64,000 nucleotides of DNA from Oceaniferula sp. GTDB lineage: Bacteria > Verrucomicrobiota > Verrucomicrobiia > Verrucomicrobiales > Akkermansiaceae. A program made the position numbers and the translations under genes. The notes beneath the pieces were generated by a model. The model saw only the letters and a list, made by a program, of their open reading frames with translations, had not been told where the DNA came from and made no database searches. Below, piece after piece: positions 9,378 through 17,953 of the stretch. Where the stretch lies: positions 3,903 through 67,902 of the forward strand of contig JBFERY010000008.1 in the NCBI GenBank assembly GCA_041548785.1, read 5' to 3'. Every line of letters starts with the position of its first letter. The first letter of the stretch is position 1.

Positions 9378-10094
9378 ATGAGGCTCGCACTCTATTCCCT
9401 TATCTTTCTAGGCGCCGTCCTGCTCGTCCTGGACCTTTCCAAACTGATCAAAGGTATCGCCCCCCCGGAGAAACCCGTACCGGTCGAAGCCGCTGCGGTC
9501 GATCGACAGCAACCCGATACCGGTAATCCAGGCGAACGACCAGCCGGACACCCCGATGTCGCCCAGGCTCTCGCACTCTACACCGAAGCCATTGAAAAAT
9601 CGCCGAACGAGGCTCAACCATACGTCGATCGCGCCAACGCCCACACCGCCAACAACGACTACGCCAAAGCCATCGCCGACTACGATCAGGCCATCAAGCT
9701 GGACCCCGAAAATACCGACTATATCCTTCAGCGCGGCACCCTCTACCTGGGGAGCAACAACCCGGACCAGGCCATTGTAAACTTCACCAAAGCCTTGGAA
9801 ATCAACCCGGAGCTCATCAAGGCTCTGGCATACCGCGCCATCACCAACTTCCGCCACAAAAAACACCAGGCCGCCCTCGACGACTGCCTGCTCATGCTGC
9901 AAAAAGATCCCGCCTTCACCGACCTCCACACCACCATCGCACAGTGCTACAAAGCCCTCGGCCAAAACGACAAAGCCATCTCTCACCTCAAAACCTATCT
10001 TCAGTCAACCCAAGACCCGCAGGGAAAACAGGAGGCCGAGGCCCTGATCAAAGAATGGGCCAGCCAATCCGCCCAACCATCCGCCCAACCCTAG
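9378..10094 (+). CDS. Membrane-anchored or exported tetratricopeptide repeat protein
   Basis: N-terminal hydrophobic segment, then several TPR-like repeats (YVDRANA...AIADYDQAIKLDP). Start ATG 9378 preferred. Confidence 0.85.
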   Translation: MRLALYSLIFLGAVLLVLDLSKLIKGIAPPEKPVPVEAAAVDRQQPDTGNPGERPAGHPDVAQALALYTEAIEKSPNEAQPYVDRANAHTANNDYAKAIADYDQAIKLDPENTDYILQRGTLYLGSNNPDQAIVNFTKALEINPELIKALAYRAITNFRHKKHQAALDDCLLMLQKDPAFTDLHTTIAQCYKALGQNDKAISHLKTYLQSTQDPQGKQEAEALIKEWASQSAQPSAQP

Positions 10095-10127
10095 AGAAAC
10101 CGGCAGCCCCACACTCCGTAACCACCC

Positions 10128-10685
10128 ATGAGACCACTCACCGCTCTTGCCTCCTGTGCCACCATTCTCTCCTTCTGTGCCTGTAAGGAAAAAGGTGAAA
10201 TCCAGCACTTCCAAGTCAAAAAATCCGCCCCGCCAGCTACCCAGCAAACTCCGGATACCAACACCCAACCCCAACAAAACAACCCCTACACATGGACATT
10301 GCCCGAAGGATGGTCCGCCCAACCCGCCAGTGGCATGCGGCTGGCCACCATCGTGATCCCTACCTCCTCAGGCACACTCAACGCATCAATCACTGAGTTC
10401 GGCGGCGACCTCGCAGGCAATGTCAACCGCTGGCGTGGCCAGATCGGCCTGCCCCAACTGCCCGAGAAGGACGTCCTCGCCAACCTGGAGAAAGTCGACA
10501 CCGCAATAGGCCAAGGCTATATCGCCGCCCTCACCAACCCGTCCTCACCCGCAAAGGCCATGCTCGCCGCCATCATCCCCCGCCCGTCCGGCACCTCCGT
10601 CTTCATCAAAGTCACGGGCCCAGCCGACACCTTGAAATCCATTGCCTCCCCATTCCGCCAATTCACGCAATCTCTCAAGCAATGA
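10128..10685 (+). CDS. Putative lipoprotein of unknown function, in the cytochrome c biogenesis operon
   Basis: Lipobox-like LSFCAC; WTLPEGW...MRLATI...NVNRWRGQIGL. Stop overlaps the next start (ATGA). Confidence 0.75.
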   Translation: MRPLTALASCATILSFCACKEKGEIQHFQVKKSAPPATQQTPDTNTQPQQNNPYTWTLPEGWSAQPASGMRLATIVIPTSSGTLNASITEFGGDLAGNVNRWRGQIGLPQLPEKDVLANLEKVDTAIGQGYIAALTNPSSPAKAMLAAIIPRPSGTSVFIKVTGPADTLKSIASPFRQFTQSLKQ

Positions 10686-11830
10686 AGCTAATCACCTCCA
10701 TCCTACGGCCACTCGCATCCGCCGCCGTCTTCTACTACGCCACACTGTGGCTCGTGGTACTTGTCACCGTGGGAACCATCTCACAAAAATATTTCGGCCT
10801 CCAGACCAGCCTCGAAAAGTACTTTTCCGCCTGGCTGATCCAACCCATGGATATGCCGCTGTGGCTACCCTCAGGCCGCCTCACCATGACCGTCATCCTG
10901 ATCTGCCTGATCGCCAAACTGATTGTCGCGACCAAGTGGAAAATCAAATGGATCGGCACCAACATCACTCACATCGGCGTGCTCCTCCTCATGTCCGGAG
11001 GTGTCATCACCGCCTACACCACTACCGAAGGCAACATCGCCATCGAAGAGGGAAAAGAAGCGTCAACCTTCCAGGACTTCCACAAGCTGGAACTGGCCGT
11101 CACCGACCGCTCCCACGCCGATCACGATGATGTCACCACCTTCTCCGACGGGTTTTTCACTCGTGACCAAACATTCTCCGATGATGGCAAAATGCCACTC
11201 AAGTTCAGAGTCGTCCACTTCTACAAAAATTGCAAAGTAGTCACCCGCCCCGCAGCCGCAATAACACCACAGCACAAGGGACACGCCAGCCAAATCCAAC
11301 TCGAGGAGCTACCACCCGATAATGACGACCGAAACCTCGCAGGCCTCGAACTGGAAATCTCAAACGCCACCGAATCAGAAAACGGCTACTATCTCTTCCT
11401 CAATCATCCACAATGGGGCACCACCACCATCACAGGAAACGACAGCAAGAGCTACGATGTCACCCTGCGCAACCGCCACTACCAACTCCCGTTCAGCATC
11501 CACTTGAAGGACTTTGAAAAACTCGATCATGCGGGAACCATGATGGCGAGGTCCTTCAGCTCGAAGGTCACCGTCACCGAAGGGCAATCCAGCGAGGATA
11601 TCAAAATCTACATGAACCATCCGCTCAGACGCGGCGGCTATACCCTCTACCAATCATCCTTCGACCAGTCCAACCCGTCAGGAATTGAAACCAGCGTCTT
11701 CCAGGTAGTCCACAACAAAGGCCGACTAATGCCCTACATCGCCATCGTCGTGATCACCCTGGGTCTGCTCATCCACGTCTTCATGCAGGTCCCCCGACTC
11801 CTCGCAAAAGCTAAAAATAAAACCAGCTAG
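10682..11830 (+). CDS. Cytochrome c biogenesis protein ResB/Ccs1-like
   Basis: Three N-terminal TM segments, THIGVLL His motif, large periplasmic domain with MNHPLRRGGYTLYQSSF, C-terminal TM; adjacent to ccsA. Confidence 0.85.
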   Translation: MKLITSILRPLASAAVFYYATLWLVVLVTVGTISQKYFGLQTSLEKYFSAWLIQPMDMPLWLPSGRLTMTVILICLIAKLIVATKWKIKWIGTNITHIGVLLLMSGGVITAYTTTEGNIAIEEGKEASTFQDFHKLELAVTDRSHADHDDVTTFSDGFFTRDQTFSDDGKMPLKFRVVHFYKNCKVVTRPAAAITPQHKGHASQIQLEELPPDNDDRNLAGLELEISNATESENGYYLFLNHPQWGTTTITGNDSKSYDVTLRNRHYQLPFSIHLKDFEKLDHAGTMMARSFSSKVTVTEGQSSEDIKIYMNHPLRRGGYTLYQSSFDQSNPSGIETSVFQVVHNKGRLMPYIAIVVITLGLLIHVFMQVPRLLAKAKNKTS

Positions 11831-11875
11831 CGGATTTATATCTCTTCGGTCGGCACCCACAACAACAACAATCCC

Positions 11876-13780
11876 ATGCCCCGCATCCTCATCATCCTCG
11901 GCTTGCTCATCCCGTGCCTCGTCAGCGCGCAAACCCAACCCGAACCCCGTGACCCCCAACCCGAGACGCGCAACCTGTCACCAGACGCGGGGGAAATCCT
12001 CGCCCCACTGGCCGTGCAAAATGAAGGCAGGACCAAACCTCTCGATTCCTTCGCCAGATTCAACCTGCTCGCATGTTATCATCAATCAAAGCTCGGAAAG
12101 GTCAGCGCAGCAGACTGGTTAGCCCAACTCCTGCTCGACCCGGACGCCGCCTACGAGGTCAAATGCTTTCGAATCCGCAATGAGGACCTGCTCGCCGACC
12201 TCGGCCTCCCCAAACGGGCCGATGGCAAACATGTCTATAGTTTCAACGAACTGCGCAAGGTCATCGACGACCAACGCGCACGCGTGCAAGCCGTCAGCGC
12301 ACGCGACAAAGACGAGCGCACCCTCATCGAATCACAGCTACTCAAACTCTACAGCACCGTGCATGGCTATTTTTCCATCAGCAGATCATTCACCTGCCTG
12401 ACCCCTGAAATTGTCATCGATAACGCACAGCTCGCCCAAGAACTCAACCTCCCCCATGGCAAACCGTTCAGCTTTTTCCAACTCCACCAGCGCTGGGACA
12501 CATTCAGGCCCCTCGTCGATAAACTGCATGCCCACTATGACGGCGCAAACCCCTATCACCAGGCCGTTTTACAACTCGGAACCCAACTCCGGAATATGCA
12601 GCAACGCGAAAGCCGCTTCGCATCCCTGACAATCATCCCCCCCGCAGATGACCCCATCCTCAAAACCTGGCTAACCCCTTGGCAGGTCCTCGACAGCCAA
12701 CACAATGCCACCGAGCACGAAATCAAGGCGATGACCGAACTCGAAGCCGCCATTACGGCCCTCATCCGCAACGATAGTAGCACAGCCACAAAACACATCA
12801 CCACCCTCCAGTCGGTTTCATCGGACAAAGTAAACGCACTCGCCAAAGCCGAGCTCTCCTACAACCGCCTGGACGCTTTCACCAACAGCGTCGCCTTTTA
12901 CCTCCTTGGCTTTCTCCTGCTCTGCCTGAGTTGGCTCTTTGCTGGCAAACAACTCCGCTGGGCAAGCTGGAGCGTCATCCTCATCGGCTTGCTCCTGCAC
13001 ACCGCCGGCATCATCCTCCGCATGTACATCCGCGGCAGACCCGCGCCTGTCACCAACATCTACGAGTCCGTCATCTTTGTCGGCTTCACCTGTGTCTTAC
13101 TCGGACTCATCATCGAGTTCCGCCGACGCGACGGCCTGGGACTGATCATCTCCGTCATCCCAGGAGCCATCCTTCACTTCGTCGGCTTCAAATACGCCGC
13201 AGAGGGCGACACCATGGGACGCCTCGTCGCCGTCCTGGACTCTAACTTCTGGCTCTCCACTCACGTCGTCACCATCACCATCGGTTACGGCGCAGCCTCC
13301 ATCGCAGGGCTCATCGCAATGAGCTACCTCTATGTGCGGTTGTTCAAGCCCAACAATAAAAACCTCCTCCAAAGCATCTCGAAAAACTTCATCGGCGTAA
13401 CCCTGTTAGCCCTCCTGTTCTGCATCGTCGGAACCATCCTCGGAGGCATCTGGGGCGACCAATCATGGGGCCGCTTCTGGGGCTGGGACCCCAAGGAAAA
13501 CGGCGCCCTGCTGATCTGCCTCTGGCTCCTCATCGTCCTCCATGGAAAGTGGGGGAAACAACTCAAGGAACTAGGGATCGCCACCATGCTCTCCCTCACC
13601 AGCATCACCGTCCTCCTCGCCTGGTTCGGCGTCAACCTGCTCGGCGTCGGCCTCCATAATTACGGATTCACCGAGGGCGCCGCGCGCAACCTCACCATCG
13701 CCTGCGGCTCAATCTTCTTGCTCACCGTCATCCCTTCCACCATCATCTTCCTGCGAGACGCAATCCGGTCAAAAGCATAG
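11876..13780 (+). CDS. ccsA: Cytochrome c assembly protein CcsA/ResC with large N-terminal periplasmic domain
   Basis: GRTKPLDSFAR, PVTNIYES, WLSTHV, WWD domain WGRFWGWDPKENGA, GVGLHNYG. Confidence 0.92.
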   Translation: MPRILIILGLLIPCLVSAQTQPEPRDPQPETRNLSPDAGEILAPLAVQNEGRTKPLDSFARFNLLACYHQSKLGKVSAADWLAQLLLDPDAAYEVKCFRIRNEDLLADLGLPKRADGKHVYSFNELRKVIDDQRARVQAVSARDKDERTLIESQLLKLYSTVHGYFSISRSFTCLTPEIVIDNAQLAQELNLPHGKPFSFFQLHQRWDTFRPLVDKLHAHYDGANPYHQAVLQLGTQLRNMQQRESRFASLTIIPPADDPILKTWLTPWQVLDSQHNATEHEIKAMTELEAAITALIRNDSSTATKHITTLQSVSSDKVNALAKAELSYNRLDAFTNSVAFYLLGFLLLCLSWLFAGKQLRWASWSVILIGLLLHTAGIILRMYIRGRPAPVTNIYESVIFVGFTCVLLGLIIEFRRRDGLGLIISVIPGAILHFVGFKYAAEGDTMGRLVAVLDSNFWLSTHVVTITIGYGAASIAGLIAMSYLYVRLFKPNNKNLLQSISKNFIGVTLLALLFCIVGTILGGIWGDQSWGRFWGWDPKENGALLICLWLLIVLHGKWGKQLKELGIATMLSLTSITVLLAWFGVNLLGVGLHNYGFTEGAARNLTIACGSIFLLTVIPSTIIFLRDAIRSKA

Positions 13781-13848
13781 AAAAAGATTCCCTCCCCTTC
13801 CCGCCACCCCAGTGGCGCAAACTCCCTATTTCCCAATACCCGTTCACC

Positions 13849-14871
13849 ATGACATCCAAACAACGCTTCCTCGCCTCCGTCCGCCGACAACCCACCGACC
13901 GCACTCCGGTCTGGGTCATGCGCCAAGCCGGCCGATACCTCCCCGAATACCGCGCCCTCAAGGAAAAATACAGCTTCACCGAAATGGTCAAGTCGCCCGA
14001 ACTTGCCACCGAGGTCACCCTCCAACCACTCCAACGCTTCCCTCTCGACGCCGCCATTATCTTCTCCGATATCCTCATCATCCCCGAGGCCCTCGGGCAA
14101 CCTTATCACTTCAAAGACGGTGGCGGCATCGCCATGGATTACCTGCTCGATTCCGTGGACAAAATCGACGCCCTCGACACATCCCATATCGAGGAAAAAC
14201 TTGCCTACCTGCCCGCCGCTCTGCGGATGACACGCAACGAAATTGGCGACGAAAAAGCCCTGCTCGGATTTGGCGGCTCCCCTTGGACTCTCGCCGCCTA
14301 CATGACCGAAGGCGGTTCACTCAAAGACCTTGCCGCACTCAAGTCACTCTACTACTCCGAACCCGCCACCTTCGAAAAACTCATGCGGAAAATCACTTCC
14401 GCCGTGATCGACCTCTTTAAGATGAAAATCGACGCCGGCGTCGATGCCCTCCAAATCTTCGACTCCGCAGGCGCCTTCTGCCCGTCCGCCCACTACCACG
14501 ACATGTCGTTGAAGTGGATCCAACAAATCATCGACTCCCTGCCAGCCGACTTCCCCGTCATCATCTTCGCCAAAGGCATGGCCCATCAACGCGACGCGCT
14601 CGTCAACACCGGCGCCAGCGTGCTCAGTATCGACTGGACCATCGACCTCCCGAGCTACTATGACACCCTCCCGGATCACGTCGCTGTCCAAGGCAACCTC
14701 GACCCCCTCATCCTCAGTTCCAGCGCCGATGTCGTTCGCACTGAGACCACCCGCCTGCTCGATGCCATGCAAGGCCGCCACGGCCATATTCTCAACCTCG
14801 GCCATGGCATCCTTCCCTCCGCCAAACCCGAAAACATGCAAATCCTCTGCGAGACGATTGCAAACTTCTAA
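13849..14871 (+). CDS. hemE: Uroporphyrinogen decarboxylase
   Basis: PVWVMRQAGRYLPEY, AAIIFSDIL, GFGGSPWTLAAY, QGNLDP, NLGHGI. Confidence 0.97.
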   Translation: MTSKQRFLASVRRQPTDRTPVWVMRQAGRYLPEYRALKEKYSFTEMVKSPELATEVTLQPLQRFPLDAAIIFSDILIIPEALGQPYHFKDGGGIAMDYLLDSVDKIDALDTSHIEEKLAYLPAALRMTRNEIGDEKALLGFGGSPWTLAAYMTEGGSLKDLAALKSLYYSEPATFEKLMRKITSAVIDLFKMKIDAGVDALQIFDSAGAFCPSAHYHDMSLKWIQQIIDSLPADFPVIIFAKGMAHQRDALVNTGASVLSIDWTIDLPSYYDTLPDHVAVQGNLDPLILSSSADVVRTETTRLLDAMQGRHGHILNLGHGILPSAKPENMQILCETIANF

Positions 14872-14919
14872 ACGCCAAGCGCCCACCCTTGGTATTTAGA
14901 ACTTACAACTTAAAACATC

Positions 14920-16275
14920 ATGCTCATCCCCGACCTCAACCTCATCCGGAAGTACAACCAGCCAGGCCCGCGCTATACCTCCTACCCCACTGCACCTCAC
15001 TTCAGCGAGGATACGGATCATGCCATTCTCGCATCCCAGACCGAGTCCGAGGACAGCGACCTCTCACTCTACTTCCACATCCCCTTCTGCCGGTCCCTCT
15101 GCTGGTTCTGCGGCTGCACCAAAATCATCACCACCCAACAGGACAAGGCTGACCACTACCTCGACCTCATGGAGAAGGAAATCGAGCTGTTCCTGCCACG
15201 CATCAAACCCGGACGCAAAGTCAAACAACTCCACTTCGGCGGCGGCACACCCAACTACCTCACCCCCGCACAAATCGACCGGTTCTCCGCATTCATCCAC
15301 AACCACTTCGAATTCCACCCCGACGCCGAACTCTCGACCGAACTCGACCCGCGCACCCTTACCGAACAACATATCGCCTCGTTCCGCAATATGGGTATCA
15401 ACCGCGCTTCCATGGGCGTGCAGGACGTCAAAATCGAGGTCCAGGAGGCCGTCCACCGCATCCAGTCCGACGAGTGCAACCGCAACGCCCTGAAATGGCT
15501 GCGCGATGCCGGTATCGAATCCTGCAACCTCGACCTGATCTACGGACTGCCCAAACAGACCTCCGAATCATTCGAAAAAACCCTGCACCACATCCTCGAC
15601 TACGCACCCGACCGCCTCGCCGTCTTTTCCTACGCCCACGTGCCATGGATTATGCCCGCCCAAAAAATCCTCGAGGAAAAAAATCTGCCCGGCCCCGAGG
15701 AAAAGCTCAAGATGCTGGAAAAAATCATCACCATCCTCACCGACAACGGCTACCACTATGTCGGCATGGACCATTTCGCCCGCCATGACGATGAACTGGC
15801 CGTCGCCCAGAAGAACAAAACCCTGCAACGCAACTTCCAAGGATACTCCACCCACGGCGGCGTCGAAATCTGCGCCTTCGGCATGTCCTCCATTTCCCAA
15901 ACCAGCAGGTCATACCGACAAAACTTCAAGGACATCACCGACTACGGCCAGGCCATCACAGCCGGCAACTACCCCATCGACCGGGGAATCCTGCTGACCG
16001 ATGAAGACGTGCTCCGCCGCGACCTGATCATGTCAATCATGTGCCAGCTCGAACTCGACTACGCCACCAAGTCCGCCCAACACGGCATCGACATCAAATC
16101 TCACTTCGCCGACTCGATCGCATCCCTGAAACCCATGGAGGATGATGGCCTCCTGGAACTCAACACCGATTCCCTCCAAGTGACGAACCAAGGCCGACTC
16201 TTCATCCGCAACATCGCCATGGCCTTTGACGAACACCTCAGCTCAGGTAAGGCAAAGTTCTCCAAAACCGTCTGA
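14920..16275 (+). CDS. hemN: Oxygen-independent coproporphyrinogen III oxidase
   Basis: GPRYTSYPTAP, LYFHIPFCRSLCWFCGC, GGGTP, GMDHFA, RNFQGYS. Confidence 0.97.
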   Translation: MLIPDLNLIRKYNQPGPRYTSYPTAPHFSEDTDHAILASQTESEDSDLSLYFHIPFCRSLCWFCGCTKIITTQQDKADHYLDLMEKEIELFLPRIKPGRKVKQLHFGGGTPNYLTPAQIDRFSAFIHNHFEFHPDAELSTELDPRTLTEQHIASFRNMGINRASMGVQDVKIEVQEAVHRIQSDECNRNALKWLRDAGIESCNLDLIYGLPKQTSESFEKTLHHILDYAPDRLAVFSYAHVPWIMPAQKILEEKNLPGPEEKLKMLEKIITILTDNGYHYVGMDHFARHDDELAVAQKNKTLQRNFQGYSTHGGVEICAFGMSSISQTSRSYRQNFKDITDYGQAITAGNYPIDRGILLTDEDVLRRDLIMSIMCQLELDYATKSAQHGIDIKSHFADSIASLKPMEDDGLLELNTDSLQVTNQGRLFIRNIAMAFDEHLSSGKAKFSKTV

Positions 16276-16302
16276 TGCGGCGATGACCCGCCCCGCAATG
16301 AC

Positions 16303-16352
16303 GACTCTACTCGTGGGGTTCACGGGCCGACTCCGCTGAAATGTAAGGGCCT
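16303..16352. repeat. Degenerate direct repeat, left copy (partner at 17631-17668)
   Basis: Collinear blocks GACT, CTCGT, GGGGTTCA, GGCCG and AAGGGCCT are shared with the right copy. Confidence 0.5.
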
Positions 16353-17464
16353 CACCCCTCCGGCCCCGGGTTCGCCCCGCCTCTTCCCCGCAAAGAGTAG
16401 AGCCTCGCCCCACTCCCACCGGCGTCACCCTTTGCATGCCACTTCAAAGGTTTGGTCCCCGGCCCCCGCTGCGGCCCGAACTTGTCCCGGCACCTTCGGT
16501 AGTGCCCCTCGACGAAATCCAGATTCCCCAGCACATAAGCGGCTGTCAGGTAATCCGCCCGCTTGCGCAGCCTCACATGAAGCGCCAACTCCCCACCCCG
16601 GGCAAGTTCCGCCTCCACCTTCTCCACCGGAATCCCCCTGCGTGTCTTCACCTGATACGCCTTGTTTTCCTCCACTTCCACGCCGTCGCCCATTAACCAA
16701 CAGCGGTACCAAGACCCGTTCTCCGGCCAACTGTCCAACGGCTTCCCCATCACCCAGCACAACCCGCGCCGCGCACGCCTGCTGCCCCCCACTGCCTCGC
16801 CATAGCCGCACCAACGGTAATCCATCGGATCCTCCACAATCCCAGCCCTGACGGGATTCAAGTCGATATAAGCCGCCATCGTCCGCAACGCCTCCCCGTC
16901 CTGCACCAGCACACTCTTGAAGCGGTCCATCCACAGCGTCCCACGCCGACCGTGCTTCTTGTTATACCAGCGACTGAAACGTTCCTTCACCTCCTTCACA
17001 AAAAGGCTCAGGTCACAGAAACGTTTTTTATATTTTCCCAGGAACTCCTCCACATCCCCGTCCATGCCCTGCTCGCGCATCCACGCGATTTCCTTCCTCA
17101 CCCGCCCCACATACGCCTTGCTATACAGAACTGACAAATGACCCAGCAACCGCTCCTCACCCGCCCCCGAAGCCTCCCCCTCACGGTCCTCGAACCGCCG
17201 CAGGAACGCCTCACGGCAAGGCACCCGGGTCAGGACATGGAAATGATTATCCATTACGCAATACGTCAACACCTTCATCCCGCAAAACCGCGCCATCCGC
17301 CTCATAATGATCCGGAAAGCCTCCTTCTCCTCCTCCCCGAACAAGGACTCCCCGCCACACGTCCGACTCATCACATGATAGCAATAATCATCCTGCTCCC
17401 CCCCCAGCACCCGACACCTTCCACCTGACCATGACCGATAAATCCGCCCCGACGATCCCGCCAT
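16352..17464 (-). mobile_element. REP-associated tyrosine transposase (RAYT, HUH/Y1 family)
   Basis: CYHVMSR, YCVMDNHFHVL (HUH), RGTLWMDRFKS, YIDLNPVRAG (catalytic Tyr), DYRWCGY. Start uncertain (17464, 17536 or 17563). Coding strand is G-rich, unlike the neighbouring genes. Confidence 0.88.
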
Positions 17465-17570
17465 ATGACCAGTCTTACATCCAGCCTTCTCGAGATCCGT
17501 CAACTCCCTATCCTTCTTGTTTCCAAGCGTTTTCATGGAAGCATCATCACACTCACCCAGCATGAGTCAA

Positions 17571-17593
17571 TACTAAATGCCTGGCATTTAGTA
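17571..17593. repeat. Perfect palindrome TACTAAATGCC-T-GGCATTTAGTA upstream of the RAYT (REP-like or operator)
   Basis: 11-bp arms with a 1-nt centre, read directly. Confidence 0.8.
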
Positions 17594-17630
17594 ATCAGTC
17601 TTGTTATGGCTACATTGGCATGATCGAATC

Positions 17631-17668
17631 GACTTCTCGTGCGGGGTTCAGGCCGGGCGCAAGGGCCT
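17631..17668. repeat. Degenerate direct repeat, right copy (partner at 16303-16352)
   Basis: Same collinear blocks as the left copy. Confidence 0.5.
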
Positions 17669-17882
17669 AACTTAGGATCAACCAGAGGAACAGGAGGAGG
17701 AAACCCAGAGCCAGTATGATTACGAAAGCGTAGATGGCGTATTTTAGCCCATCATTTTCCATTCGGATGTGATCGCTACGTCCATGCATGTGCTGTTCGA
17801 CTCGGTGTTCGCGGGATGACTTTTTCTTGACCACTGTTTTCACCTGGCCATCTCTTCCGATCACTTGCTTCTTCCTAGCCAT
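17667..17882 (-). CDS. Small hypothetical protein with basic N-terminus and C-terminal TM helix
   Basis: 71-aa ORF filling the gap between purH and the RAYT; ends in a hydrophobic helix. Confidence 0.6.
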   Translation of the reverse strand: MARKKQVIGRDGQVKTVVKKKSSREHRVEQHMHGRSDHIRMENDGLKYAIYAFVIILALGFLLLFLWLILS

Positions 17883-17953
17883 GTCTCGTCATCCACCGTG
17901 CCTCCGTATGATGGCAAGAAAGAGTTCTACAAATCAACTGGCACACTGCGGTT

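Noticed and set aside
16352-17464. IS200/IS605 or DDE insertion sequence
   Set aside because: Too long for TnpA, no tnpB, no DDE triad or terminal inverted repeats; motifs fit RAYT.
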